A stretch of 64,000 nt of DNA, taken from an uncultured Acidobacteriaceae bacterium (GTDB lineage: Bacteria; Acidobacteriota; Terriglobia; Terriglobales; Acidobacteriaceae). Location: NCBI GenBank assembly GCA_963719585.1, contig CAVRCM010000003.1:1012721-1076720 (forward strand), read 5' to 3'. Both the position numbers and the translations under genes were made by a program. Under the pieces are notes generated by a model. It worked only from the letters and a program-made list of their open reading frames with translations, ran no database searches and was not told where the DNA came from. Shown in pieces: positions 49,179 to 59,127 of the stretch. How positions within the stretch are numbered: position 1 is the first letter of the stretch; every line of letters starts with the position of its first letter.

Positions 49179-52100
49179 ATGCAACTACGGCGCGCTGTTT
49201 CGTTTTTCACCTTGACGGTATTTTTCTTGGTTGCCAGTCTGATGCCGGCGCAATCTCCGACGACCGGCCAGATCGCCGGTGTGGTCAAAGATCCAAGCGG
49301 CGCCGTCATCAGTAGCGCCAACGTCACGCTAACCAGTACCGCTGGCGTACAGCGCGCGACCCTCAGCGATGCGGCTGGGCATTATGCCTTTTCGCTCGTC
49401 CCTCCTGGGACTTACAGTCTTGAAGCGGAAAAGGCCGGATTCGGCAAGGAGACGGTGGAAGGCGTCGTGGTGCGCATCACGGAAATCACAAGTCTCGACA
49501 TTCATCTCCACGTGGCTTCGCAAAAGGCAGTAGTGGAAGTAATGGTTCAGCCGGACATGGTTCAGACCGAAAGCCCGGCTCAGGGCACTGTCATCGAGCA
49601 GCAGGAAATCCGTCAGCTACCGCTGCCCACGAGAAATTTTCAACAGTTGCTGACGTTAACTCCCGGCACTTCGGGTCCAATTCAAAACTCCTCTGAACTG
49701 GGGCGTGGCGCCGCGCCAATCTATGTCGACGGAAACCGGGCGACCTCGAACTCCGTCGTCATCAATGGCGCAGACGCAAATTCCATTGGCACAGGCTCGA
49801 CGCCGAATCTAGCGGTGCCTGCAACCGATAGTTTGCAGGAGTTCATTGTCCAGACGAGCCAATATGACGCCTCGCAGGGTCGCGTTGCCGGCGGGGTTGT
49901 GGCGGCAGTTACGAAATCAGGAACCAACGATCTTCATGGTAATGCCTACGAATTTTTCCGCAATACCGCCCTCAATGCCAATAACTACTTTCTGAACGCC
50001 GCTCACGTTCCCCGCCCTCCGTATCAGCGCAATCAATTCGGCGGCACACTTGGTGGACCGATCGTTAAAGATCGCCTGTGGTTTTTTGTCTCCTACCAGG
50101 GAAGCCGCGAGCGCAACGGAACTTCTCTTCTGAATTCTATTGGAACTGTATTCGTCCCCGGTAATCTCTCGAATGATCGATCCACCGCGGGCATCGACGC
50201 CATGGCGGCGTCCTTCGCTACTCCCACCAGCCCAACCACGCTATGCCTGCCTGCATGCTTAAGCCCCACGGCTCAGTTTCTGCTGCAGGCGAAATTGCCC
50301 AACGGATCATATGTGATTCCGTCAGCCCCGAATCCGGGTACGTCCAACACTCCGGTTGCGGTGCCGGTAGTTGCCGTATCGAAATTCCGGGAAGACCAGT
50401 TCAATACGAATTTGGATTTTCAACTCACCACGAAGAACCGGCTTTCCGGTAAATTTTTTGATGCGAACAATCCCGCCCTGCAAGGACTGTTTGACTTGTT
50501 TGGACTGGCCAATGCCCTGCCTGTTCCCGGTTTTGGTGGCACCGCAAATCTGAATCAAAGAGTGCTGGCGATCGAGGACACGGATGTTCTCACGTCTCGT
50601 CTGGTGAATGACGCAAGATTTGGCTATAGCGTAATCACCACGGGCTCCCAGCCGCAGGAGCCATTCACCTCAGCCCAGATAGGAGTTTCGTCGCCGCTCA
50701 GCAATCTTTTCGCGGGTATGCCGGAAATCTCAGTCGCGAACTATCTGGACTTAGGTGCCAATCCGTTCTCCGACAACGCTGGAGTCGAGAAAACTTATAG
50801 CGCCGGCGACACATTGAGCTGGCAAAAGGGCCGCCACAGCCTGAAGTTTGGAGCGGAGTACAAGCATCACAGTCTGGACGAAACCTTCAATCTCTATACC
50901 AGAGGTCAGATCTTCTTCCTTGGGTTTTCCGGCAATCCATTTGCCGATTTTCTTGGAGGCTTCGCAGATACCGCCGGGCTGACGATCATGGGCTCCGGCG
51001 TGAACAATCGAGATGTGCTGGCCCACGACTGGAACGGATTTGCCAACGACGATTGGCGTGTGACAGATCGATTCACGCTCACGCTGGGCGTCCGCTACGA
51101 TTTCTTTGGTCCCTTCACCGAAGACCAAGGACGTTTCGTCGGATTCGATCCGGCCCGCATCACGACCGTTCCCATCCCCGCTCTATTTGGTGGCGGAGTA
51201 GCGATTACGGGTGGATTTGTGCAAGCATCGAACGCCAAGAATCCATTGCCGGGAATTCCAGAAGTCCAACCATCACTGGTTCCTGCCGACAAGAACAACA
51301 TCGCTCCGCGCATTGGCTTTGCCTGGCAACCGCGTCCTAACTCGAACCGCTTGGTAGTGCGCGGCGGCTACGGTGTTTACTATGATCGAGCAAATTCACG
51401 ATTGCTCAACAACCAAATTCTGGACTTTCCTTATTACACGTTGGCGCAGGCATTCCTGACGCCGATCGCGAATCCATTCGTCCAAGTCCCGCAGCCGAGC
51501 GCCTTTCCATTGGAATTCAGCAACCCCGCGCTGTTTCCATTTGCTGGTCCGCCGGCCGTGCTACCGCGGGCGCCAAGCCTGCTCGATCCTGCAACTGCCG
51601 CATTGGTTTCGGCCAATGGCATCTACCCGGACCTTCACGACTTCAGGACACCTTACGTCCAGCAATATAGCTTTGGAGTACAAAATGAATTCGCCAACAA
51701 CTGGATGTTGAACCTGAGTTACGTCGGCTCGGAGGGGCGTAAGGAATACCGGTTGGTCGATCAGAACCAGGGAGTCATCCAAACCGCAGTGGGTCCCGCA
51801 GGCCCCTTCTATCCGGGATTGTCCAGTCTGGCGGTGCAAGGCTTCGGCGTCCACACCATGCAGAGTTCATCGAATTCGGATTACAACTCTCTGCAGGCCA
51901 GCGTTACCAAGCGATATTCGAACGGGCTCACGTTGCTCGCCTCTTATACCTGGAGCCATTCCCTCGACGATTATTCCGGCGACCCAACGGGAACCAGCGA
52001 CGTTACAGTCGTCCCGGGAAATCAGGCGCTCGGGTCCCTGAATAACTACGCGAGCTCCGACTTCGACCGCCGCCATCGATTTGTACTCAGCGGCATTTAT

Positions 52101-52601
52101 GACCTGCCAAAGTTCTACAAGGGGGCTTCAGGTTTTGCCCGCCAAGCCGTGAACGGATGGGAACTGGCCAGCATCCTGACCTTGCAGAGCGGTACGCCGT
52201 TTTCGGTTTTGACCAACGACACGGCTTTTGTGCAGGCGCGGGCCGACTTTGTTCCGGGATGTAATCCGGTTCTAGGCGGCAGCGTGCAGTCCCGGCTGTC
52301 CAAGTACTTCAATACCGCTTGTTTTGCGCCGGCGCCAGCTACCGCTGCCGACGGCTTTGGCGATACAGGACGCAACATCCTGCGCGGGCCCAATCAGGAG
52401 AACGTGGACATTTCGATTATCAAGTACTTCCCTTTCACGGAGCGCACGCAACTTGAATTCCGGAGTGAGTTCTTTAACGCGTTTAACCTGGTCAGCTTTC
52501 AGAATCCGATCAATGTTCTGGCAGCACCCGACGTGGGGCAGATCGTGGAAACCAGCACTGGCCCACGTGTGATTCAGTTTGCATTAAAGGTAAATTTTTA
52601 G
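49179..52601 (+). CDS. TonB-dependent receptor with N-terminal carboxypeptidase-regulatory-like domain
   Basis: Signal peptide, then the CarboxypepD_reg block (GVVKDPSGAVISSANVTLTS...GHYAFSLVPPGTYSLEAEKAGF). Plug-like VDGNRATSNSVVINGAD follows, then a long beta-barrel ending ..FALKVNF. Intact at 1140 aa. Confidence 0.9.
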   Translation: MQLRRAVSFFTLTVFFLVASLMPAQSPTTGQIAGVVKDPSGAVISSANVTLTSTAGVQRATLSDAAGHYAFSLVPPGTYSLEAEKAGFGKETVEGVVVRITEITSLDIHLHVASQKAVVEVMVQPDMVQTESPAQGTVIEQQEIRQLPLPTRNFQQLLTLTPGTSGPIQNSSELGRGAAPIYVDGNRATSNSVVINGADANSIGTGSTPNLAVPATDSLQEFIVQTSQYDASQGRVAGGVVAAVTKSGTNDLHGNAYEFFRNTALNANNYFLNAAHVPRPPYQRNQFGGTLGGPIVKDRLWFFVSYQGSRERNGTSLLNSIGTVFVPGNLSNDRSTAGIDAMAASFATPTSPTTLCLPACLSPTAQFLLQAKLPNGSYVIPSAPNPGTSNTPVAVPVVAVSKFREDQFNTNLDFQLTTKNRLSGKFFDANNPALQGLFDLFGLANALPVPGFGGTANLNQRVLAIEDTDVLTSRLVNDARFGYSVITTGSQPQEPFTSAQIGVSSPLSNLFAGMPEISVANYLDLGANPFSDNAGVEKTYSAGDTLSWQKGRHSLKFGAEYKHHSLDETFNLYTRGQIFFLGFSGNPFADFLGGFADTAGLTIMGSGVNNRDVLAHDWNGFANDDWRVTDRFTLTLGVRYDFFGPFTEDQGRFVGFDPARITTVPIPALFGGGVAITGGFVQASNAKNPLPGIPEVQPSLVPADKNNIAPRIGFAWQPRPNSNRLVVRGGYGVYYDRANSRLLNNQILDFPYYTLAQAFLTPIANPFVQVPQPSAFPLEFSNPALFPFAGPPAVLPRAPSLLDPATAALVSANGIYPDLHDFRTPYVQQYSFGVQNEFANNWMLNLSYVGSEGRKEYRLVDQNQGVIQTAVGPAGPFYPGLSSLAVQGFGVHTMQSSSNSDYNSLQASVTKRYSNGLTLLASYTWSHSLDDYSGDPTGTSDVTVVPGNQALGSLNNYASSDFDRRHRFVLSGIYDLPKFYKGASGFARQAVNGWELASILTLQSGTPFSVLTNDTAFVQARADFVPGCNPVLGGSVQSRLSKYFNTACFAPAPATAADGFGDTGRNILRGPNQENVDISIIKYFPFTERTQLEFRSEFFNAFNLVSFQNPINVLAAPDVGQIVETSTGPRVIQFALKVNF

Positions 52602-52608
52602 GAGAAGC

Positions 52609-53391
52609 ATGCCTGTGCGCGGCTTGAACGGCAAAGTAGTAATTGTTACGGGCGCAGCCGCCGGCATAGGCCGTGCAACCGCGCGCCGTTTCGCGCAAGA
52701 AGGATGCAAGGTCGCAGCCTGGGATGTGAATGATAAAGGTCAAAGTGAAATCAACCGTGAACTACGGCAGGAAGAAAACAAAGGGCTCTTTCGGAAATTG
52801 AACGTAGCGCAAGCCGCGGATGTGGAGGCCGCAGTTTCCGAGGTAGTCGATCGATGGGGGCGCATCGATGTGCTCGTCAATAATGCGGGCATTGTTCGCG
52901 ACGATCAACTCGTGAAATGGAAGGACGGCGAGGCTGTCAAAGTAATGAGTGACGACGCCTTCGAAGAAGTGATCTCCATCAATCTGAAAGGAGTGTTCCA
53001 TTGCTCACGCGCGGTCGTTCCGCACATGATCCGCGGCGGAGGCGGAACAATTCTGAATGCTTCTTCAATCGTAGGATTGTATGGGAATTTTGGGCAGACG
53101 AATTACGCGGCAGCGAAAGCGGGAGTGATCGCCTTTACGCGAACCTGGTCCCGCGAACTCGGAAAATACAACATTCGGGTCAACGCCGTGGCACCGGGTT
53201 TTATTGCCACGGAAATGGTTCGTAGCATGCCGGAAAAGATCATCCAGAACATGGTGTCGCACACACCACTGGGAAGGATGGGCTCACCGGAAGATGTGGC
53301 CGAAGCCTATATTTGGCTGGCTTCGGAGGCCTCGTCATTCATTACAGGGGCGGTGCTTTCCGTTGACGGGGGGTTAGTTCCGGGTACTTAA
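52609..53391 (+). CDS. SDR-family oxidoreductase (3-oxoacyl-ACP reductase FabG-like)
   Basis: TGAAAGIGRA, NNAGI, the catalytic YAAAKAG, and PGFIATEM. Confidence 0.9.
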   Translation: MPVRGLNGKVVIVTGAAAGIGRATARRFAQEGCKVAAWDVNDKGQSEINRELRQEENKGLFRKLNVAQAADVEAAVSEVVDRWGRIDVLVNNAGIVRDDQLVKWKDGEAVKVMSDDAFEEVISINLKGVFHCSRAVVPHMIRGGGGTILNASSIVGLYGNFGQTNYAAAKAGVIAFTRTWSRELGKYNIRVNAVAPGFIATEMVRSMPEKIIQNMVSHTPLGRMGSPEDVAEAYIWLASEASSFITGAVLSVDGGLVPGT

Positions 53392-53460
53392 TTGAGTCGA
53401 ACCAGATTACCTTGCGAGCCGAGATATGATTCACATAACTCGCTGGCCGGAAGAAATACG

Positions 53461-54378
53461 ATGACTGTCACCAAAAACGGACTCAGGGTTACGCGTTGGG
53501 CGCAAGGCCGTGTGCCGGGGGACGGCGTGGAACTTGCTTTCGGTTACTGGCCGGGCCGAGGTGCACCTGTAGTCGCCCTGCATGGCCTGACCGCGTCGCA
53601 CGTCAACTTTATTGGAATTGCGGAACGATTAGCAGGACGATGCGCACTTTTCGGGCTCGACCTCAGAGGTCGCGGCGATTCCGAGAAACCCGAAGGCCCT
53701 TACGGCTTGCTGCAGCACGCGCGCGATGTGGCTGCTGCCATGCGTGCCATGGGGCTCGGACCAAGCATTGTCGTCGGGCATTCGATGGGAGCTTACGTGG
53801 CGACTGCGTTGGCTGCCGAGGAGCCAGGCCTTGTCTCCGCTCTTGTCCTGATCGATGGAGGGTATGCGCTTGAAGCGCCGGCTACGAATTCTCCGGCGGC
53901 GGGGGCAAATGCCGCGCTCGCACTACGAATTATGCAGTTGCGCCAAACTTATCCGTCGCGCGAAGCTTATCGCGAATTCTGGCGGACTCAGCCTCATTTT
54001 CCTGCTGAAGAATGGAGTCCCTGGGTGGAAGCTTTTCTCGACTATGAAGTGGGCGGCGATTCCCCGGTACAACCGAAAGCAGCGGAGCGAGGCGTAATTG
54101 CCGATTTGGGCGAAGCTTTTCAGCGCGACGCGATCAACCAGCGGCTGGATTCCATTCGAGTTCCAACCTTGTGGTTGCGGGCGGAAAGTGGGTTCATACC
54201 GGGGCAAGCTCCATTGTTTTCCGATGCGCTTGTATCCGAGTTCCGCGCTCACGTCCCCCACGTGGAGGACCATAAGTTTCCCGGCACCACCCACTACACG
54301 CTTGCCCTGGGTGAACATGGAGCAGCACGAATCGCCGATCTGATCGCCGACTTGGCCAGCCGACCTCCTGCGGAGTGA
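53461..54378 (+). CDS. Alpha/beta hydrolase
   Basis: VVALHGLTASHVNF and the nucleophile elbow VGHSMGAYVA. ATG 53461 is preferred over the listed TTG 53392. Confidence 0.85.
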   Translation: MTVTKNGLRVTRWAQGRVPGDGVELAFGYWPGRGAPVVALHGLTASHVNFIGIAERLAGRCALFGLDLRGRGDSEKPEGPYGLLQHARDVAAAMRAMGLGPSIVVGHSMGAYVATALAAEEPGLVSALVLIDGGYALEAPATNSPAAGANAALALRIMQLRQTYPSREAYREFWRTQPHFPAEEWSPWVEAFLDYEVGGDSPVQPKAAERGVIADLGEAFQRDAINQRLDSIRVPTLWLRAESGFIPGQAPLFSDALVSEFRAHVPHVEDHKFPGTTHYTLALGEHGAARIADLIADLASRPPAE

Positions 54379-54417
54379 ACGAAGCTCCCAAGCTCGACAT
54401 ATTGAGTGAGACACATC

Positions 54418-55956
54418 ATGAACATTGGCGCACTTCTTCCCGGCCACGCCCGTTATCGCCCGAACCACACCGCCGTAGTATTTGAAAATTGTCGTTTAAG
54501 CTTTCGAGAATTCAATGCCCGGGTGAACCGGCTTGCCAATGCGCTTTTAAGTCTTGGGGTCAAGAAAGGAGACAAGCTCGCAACCATTCTTCCCAATTGT
54601 CTCGATCTGATCGAGACCTACTGGGCTGCCGCCAAAATCGGTTTGGTCGTTGTGCCGCTCAGTCCCCTGCTGCGTGGAAAAGCCTTAGTTACACTCCTTC
54701 AGGATTCCGACACTGGCACGATCATTGCAGGTCCCGATTTCGCCGATATCCTTACATCCAACAGAGCGGAACTGAGAAATATCCCAGAGAAACGCTTTAT
54801 CCTCGCAGGCCCGTCACGGGTCGCTGGATTTGAAAGCTATGATGAGCTAACGCGCGAGGCTAGCGAAGCCGCCCCACCGCACATTGAACTGCTGGATAGC
54901 GATCCCTATAACATTATTTACAGCAGCGGTACCACAGGCTCCCCGAAGGGAATCGTCCTCACGCACGGTATCCGGGCTCTCTACTGCATGCTCTTTGCGT
55001 CGACATTTCGTATGACCCCCGAGAGTGTGGTGCTCCACTCGGGCTCGATTGTTTTCAACGGCTCTTTTCTCACTCTCATGCCGGCAATGTATTTGGGCGC
55101 AACTTATATTTTGCATAAGAGTTTCGATCCGCGAACTTTTGTGGAAACTGTGGAACGCGAAAAAGTGACCCACGTCATGATGGTCCCTTCGCAAATTGTG
55201 GCTCTTCTGGGTTCGCCGCACTTTTCACAGGACGCTCTTCTATCGCTCGAAATGCTTGGCACCGTCGGCGCTCCGCTGCACCTGGAGCATAAGGAGAAGC
55301 TGAATCGCTGGCTGCCGGGCAGGTTCTACGAACTTTACGGGCTCACGGAAGGATTCATGACCGTTCTCGACAAGAATCACTACGCGTCAAAGCCAACGTC
55401 AGTCGGCCCGCCGCAGCCTTTTTTTGAGATGCGAATCGTCAGTGAGCAAGGAAAAGAAGCAGCACCCGGAGAGATTGGGGAGATTGTAGGCCGTGGTCCG
55501 GCCTTAATGCCGGGCTATTACAAACGACCTGATCTGACTGCCCTGGCGATTGTCGATGGCTGGCTGCACACGGGGGACTTGGGATACGTCGATGAAGATG
55601 GATTTCTCTACCTCGTGGACAGAAAAAAAGACATGATGATCAGCGGCGGCATCAATGTGTTCCCTAAGGACATCGAGGAAGTCATAGTGCAGCACGCGGC
55701 GGTTCGTGAAGCCGCGGTATTCGGCATTCCCAGCGACAAGTGGGGTGAGACACCATTGGCTGCGGTGATTCTGCACCAACCCGGTGCCGTGACCGCGGAG
55801 GAACTATGTGACTGGATCAATGAGCGCGTGGATGCCAGGAACCAACGTGTCTGCGAGGTCAGGATCATGGAGGATTTTCCGCGCAGTGCCGCGGGAAAAA
55901 CCCTCAAACGCATCCTCCGCGAGCCCTACTGGGCCGGGCGCGACGAGAAAATGTAG
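54418..55956 (+). CDS. AMP-dependent acyl-CoA synthetase/ligase
   Basis: AMP-binding motif IIYSSGTTGSPKG, YGLTEG, GDLGYVDEDGFLYLVDRKKDMMISGG, and GKTLKR. Confidence 0.9.
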   Translation: MNIGALLPGHARYRPNHTAVVFENCRLSFREFNARVNRLANALLSLGVKKGDKLATILPNCLDLIETYWAAAKIGLVVVPLSPLLRGKALVTLLQDSDTGTIIAGPDFADILTSNRAELRNIPEKRFILAGPSRVAGFESYDELTREASEAAPPHIELLDSDPYNIIYSSGTTGSPKGIVLTHGIRALYCMLFASTFRMTPESVVLHSGSIVFNGSFLTLMPAMYLGATYILHKSFDPRTFVETVEREKVTHVMMVPSQIVALLGSPHFSQDALLSLEMLGTVGAPLHLEHKEKLNRWLPGRFYELYGLTEGFMTVLDKNHYASKPTSVGPPQPFFEMRIVSEQGKEAAPGEIGEIVGRGPALMPGYYKRPDLTALAIVDGWLHTGDLGYVDEDGFLYLVDRKKDMMISGGINVFPKDIEEVIVQHAAVREAAVFGIPSDKWGETPLAAVILHQPGAVTAEELCDWINERVDARNQRVCEVRIMEDFPRSAAGKTLKRILREPYWAGRDEKM

Positions 55957-56102
55957 CACTCCTTAGGATTGGTGCATCTCCCTCGGCGGAATAACCCATC
56001 GACCGGAAACACCCTTTCGTGGTTGGCGAAACGTCGAAGTTAGACTCGCCGACCCGTGAGAGGTCTTGAGCACTGTCGCTCTTAACAGCAGTTTGCTTTT
56101 CG

Positions 56103-57149
56103 CTATGGTTGGCCCAACTGTGCCTGTTTGGCTGTTGGCAAGCCCTGCTTGGTCCCTTCCAGCTTCTGAAATCCATCTTTGAGCACAGTCTGTTTCGCAT
56201 TTTCCTGAGTGACGCAGATCGGCGTCAGCAGCATCGCTTTTGTGGTCAGCGCGCCATTCGGCACCTCCACCGAACTCTGCACGTCTTCGTGGAGCGCGAG
56301 CCTCATCGCGGCTTCAGCCGCGGTCCGCGCCTCATTTCCGACCGGCTTATAGACGGTCATCAGTTGAGAGCCATCGAAGATTCGCTCGATAGCGGCGAGA
56401 TCCGCATCCTGACCCGAGACCAGCACTCGGCCAGACCATCCCTTGTCTTGGAGCGCCTGGATTGCACCGCCGGCTATCGCGTCATTCGAGGCAACAATCG
56501 CCGTGGGAGCGGCCTTGAGGTTCTTCAGTTCTTTCGTGACCATGATGTAGGCCTCGGTGGCGCCCCACTCCGGTACCCAGACATCAGCGAGGACATGGAT
56601 GTCGCTGCGATCGATGAAGGGCTGCAAAACTTTCATTTGTCCCGCGCGAACAACTTTCGAGTTGGCGTCTAGCCGTGAGCCTCCCAACAATAGGTAGTCG
56701 CCTTTTGGCGCGCGATCCACCAAGCTTTGGGCCTGCTCCATTCCGACTGAGAAGAGGTCGAATCCGACGTAAAGATCCACCGGCGCATTGGCCAGGCGGT
56801 CATAGCTGATCACCGGAACGTGTTTTGCGTGCGCGGCTTCCACGATGCGCGCTGCCTTGCTGGTATCGTGCGGCAGAAACACCAGGACATCGATGCCACC
56901 CTTGAGCAGCTCGTTGATCTGGCGAAACTGCAGGTCATCGTCGCCATCGGCGGAACGGGTGACGACGGTACCTCCGAGTTCGCGGGCGCGCTGCTGAAAT
57001 TCTTCGAGGTCGGTCTGCCAGCGCTCGCCTTTCATGTTTTCGATGGAAAATCCAATCTTGATTTCCTTATTCTGGGCCTGCACAACATCCAGCGTCAGGA
57101 CGATGAGAGTGAAAAAAATTCCGGCGAAAAAACGAGGTGAACCCCGCAT
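56103..57149 (-). CDS. Sugar ABC-transporter periplasmic binding protein (XylF/RbsB-like), orphan
   Basis: ATG 57149 gives a classical signal peptide (MRGSPRFFAGIFFTLIVLTLDVVQAQ). Then KIGFSIENMKGERWQTD, IDVLVFLPHD, PVISYDRL. No permease or ATPase gene is adjacent. Confidence 0.85.
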   Translation of the reverse strand: MRGSPRFFAGIFFTLIVLTLDVVQAQNKEIKIGFSIENMKGERWQTDLEEFQQRARELGGTVVTRSADGDDDLQFRQINELLKGGIDVLVFLPHDTSKAARIVEAAHAKHVPVISYDRLANAPVDLYVGFDLFSVGMEQAQSLVDRAPKGDYLLLGGSRLDANSKVVRAGQMKVLQPFIDRSDIHVLADVWVPEWGATEAYIMVTKELKNLKAAPTAIVASNDAIAGGAIQALQDKGWSGRVLVSGQDADLAAIERIFDGSQLMTVYKPVGNEARTAAEAAMRLALHEDVQSSVEVPNGALTTKAMLLTPICVTQENAKQTVLKDGFQKLEGTKQGLPTAKQAQLGQP

Positions 57150-57453
57150 GAAAATAACCCCTAAGGTGCCAGTTCCCGGCACGGCCGAGATCACGAGCCC
57201 GAAGCACGTTGAGGCGATGATGGCAGCGGCGGTAATGAGGGTCAATTTACCTTGGTAACGAGGATCTCGCTGCACGATTGCGCTTCTGAGGCTCTTCACG
57301 CAACGGTTCAAAACCCTCCAGCTTTTCAAGCTTGTCCAGAAACACAGGAATCTCCTCGTTCCAGATTCTCCCGTCGTGCCCGCGGGGAGAGATTGCGCGG
57401 ATTCATAAGGTATGCGGCACTTGGCCAGGACCTACAGGAAAGCATGGGCCTGA

Positions 57454-57627
57454 ATCGACGCCTTCATCCTGTCCGCCGCCAACGTACAAGCCCACCTACG
57501 TCATAGCGACGTCGGAACTACGCTCAACGAATACACTCAGGCGATCCCGGAGAGTGTGCGTGAATTGTTCAACGCCGTCGCTGATGATGTGATGACTAGC
57601 AAACCGGCAACGGAGCGACTCCAATGA
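57454..57627 (+). pseudogene. C-terminal remnant of a tyrosine recombinase/phage-type integrase
   Basis: A 57-codon open stretch with no start: ..NVQAHLRHSDVGTTLNEYTQAIPESVRELFNAVADDV..*. This is the LRHS-x-x-x-TT-x-x-x-Y box of integrases. More degenerate similarity (GFIRYAALGQ) lies upstream in another frame. It ends 70 nt from the 3' end of tRNA-Gly. Confidence 0.55.
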
Positions 57628-57697
57628 GACGGTCAAACCTATTGAACACAATACTGAACACAACTCTTTCGGAGCCCCCGCTAACTGATTGAAAAGA

Positions 57698-57772
57698 TGG
57701 AGCGGGAGACCGGGATCGAACCGGCGACATCCAGCTTGGGAAGCTGGCGTTCTACCGCTGAACTACTCCCGC
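57698..57772 (-). tRNA. tRNA-Gly (anticodon CCC)
   Basis: The reverse complement GCGGGAGTAGTTCAGCGGTAGAACGCCAGCTTCCCAAGCTGGATGTCGCCGGTTCGATCCCGGTCTCCCGCTCCA folds as a cloverleaf with anticodon loop TTCCCAA. Confidence 0.95.
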
Positions 57773-57911
57773 TCGAATGAGGACGAGGTCTTGATTTCCT
57801 CTTTTATCAACCCGAGTCTAGCATTCGCGGGCCCGAGAAACAATCGGCCGCCCGCAACGAGATAGCCAATTCGTTAGACTGCTGGAGTAGCATAAACACA
57901 GAGCTTAAATT

Positions 57912-58703
57912 ATGAGTACTTCGTCCACGCGAAATCACGGCGGCACTGCCACAGCAAGCAATCAGCCATCGCCTGCAGAACCTTCGTTTTCGGAGCGGGC
58001 GCGTACCTTGGTATATATAGCGCGCATCGGAAGCCTTTCCACGCTTTCGCGCAAGCAGCCCGGGTTTCCCTTTGGATCCGTAATGCCTTACGGGTTGGAC
58101 GCACAGGGGCGCCCTATATTTCTCATCAGCACGATGGCGATGCACACTCAGAATCTGCAGGCCGATCCTCGCGCCAGCCTGCTGGTTACGCAGGGTGATG
58201 GAGAAGGCGATCCGCTGGGCGCATCCCGTGTCACATTGATCGGGAATGTTCAGACCATTCCTCAACCTGAAATCGCCGACGCCCGCAAGCTCTATCTGGA
58301 GCGTTACGCCAACAGCAAATACTGGGTAGACTTCGAGGATTTCTCCTTTTACCGGATGGATGTAGTCGACGTCTATTACGTCGGAGGCTTCGGCGTGATG
58401 GGCTGGGTTAAAGCGTCAGATTATGATCAGGCACAACCCGATCCACTGGCCGACGTTGCCGCCGGGATTATCGAGCACATGAACGCCGACCACAAAGACG
58501 CACTTGTTCTGCTAGCCCGCAAGAACGCCGGGATTGATTCGCTGGAGGCCGCAATGACTGCGGTGGACCGGCTTGGTTTTCAGGTGCGGCTTAAAACCGC
58601 GGATGGGGTGCGCGGAGCGCGCATTGCTTTCCTGCGCGAGGTACGGAACGCGGACGATGCTCGAAAAGTTCTGATCGAGATGGTGCAGCAAGCGCGCCAG
58701 TAG
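57912..58703 (+). CDS. HugZ-family protein (PPOX-like split barrel + DUF2470; haem-utilisation/haem-oxygenase-like)
   Basis: GSLSTLSRKQPGFPFGSVMPYGLDAQGRPIFLISTMAMHTQNLQADPRASLLV, and C-terminal IIEHMNADHKDALVLLAR...MTAVDRLGFQVRL. Confidence 0.8.
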   Translation: MSTSSTRNHGGTATASNQPSPAEPSFSERARTLVYIARIGSLSTLSRKQPGFPFGSVMPYGLDAQGRPIFLISTMAMHTQNLQADPRASLLVTQGDGEGDPLGASRVTLIGNVQTIPQPEIADARKLYLERYANSKYWVDFEDFSFYRMDVVDVYYVGGFGVMGWVKASDYDQAQPDPLADVAAGIIEHMNADHKDALVLLARKNAGIDSLEAAMTAVDRLGFQVRLKTADGVRGARIAFLREVRNADDARKVLIEMVQQARQ

Positions 58704-58737
58704 CCCTAACCGGTAAGCCAGCCGAAGCTTCACAAAC

Positions 58738-58777
58738 AAAAATGCCCGCAATCCTTTCGGATCGCGGGCATTTTGTT
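58738..58777. terminator. Bidirectional intrinsic terminator between the HugZ-like gene and csp
   Basis: AAAAATGCCCGCaATCC-tttc-GGATcGCGGGCATTTTT. A GC-rich stem with one mismatch, flanked by an A-run and a T-run. Confidence 0.75.
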
Positions 58778-58799
58778 ATCGCTTAGAAAGCGGTGTCAC

Positions 58800-59003
58800 T
58801 TAGACAGCCTGAACGTTCTCCGCCTGCCAGCCCTTGGGGCCTTTAGTCACGTCGAACTGCACGGTTTGGCCTTCTTGCAGGCTGCGGAAGCCACCTGCTT
58901 GAATAGCGGAAAAATGCACGAAGACGTCCTCGCCATTTTGACGGCTGATGAAACCATAGCCCTTGGCGTCGTTAAACCACTTTACTGTTCCTTGTTCTGC
59001 CAT
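58800..59003 (-). CDS. Cold-shock protein (CspA family)
   Basis: [34 protein letters not shown], carrying the RNP1 and RNP2 motifs. Confidence 0.97.
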   Translation of the reverse strand: MAEQGTVKWFNDAKGYGFISRQNGEDVFVHFSAIQAGGFRSLQEGQTVQFDVTKGPKGWQAENVQAV

Positions 59004-59127
59004 TGATAGTCCTATTCTTTTCTTGTTTCTTGAATTGTGCTGAGAAGATTCGCTGCTAGTGACGGGGGTGACGCTGGTTGGCGATACCGACCTTCAATTG
59101 CTTGTGAGTCAAACTTAGCTGACCTCC

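Noticed and set aside
53923-54468. 181-aa minus-strand ORF spanning the hydrolase/ligase junction
   Set aside because: It lies antisense to two well-supported plus-strand genes and has no motifs.
57332-57592. Listed 86-aa plus-strand ORF upstream of tRNA-Gly
   Set aside because: Its frame differs from the one carrying the integrase LRHS...Y box. It is a by-product of the decayed integrase region, not a gene.
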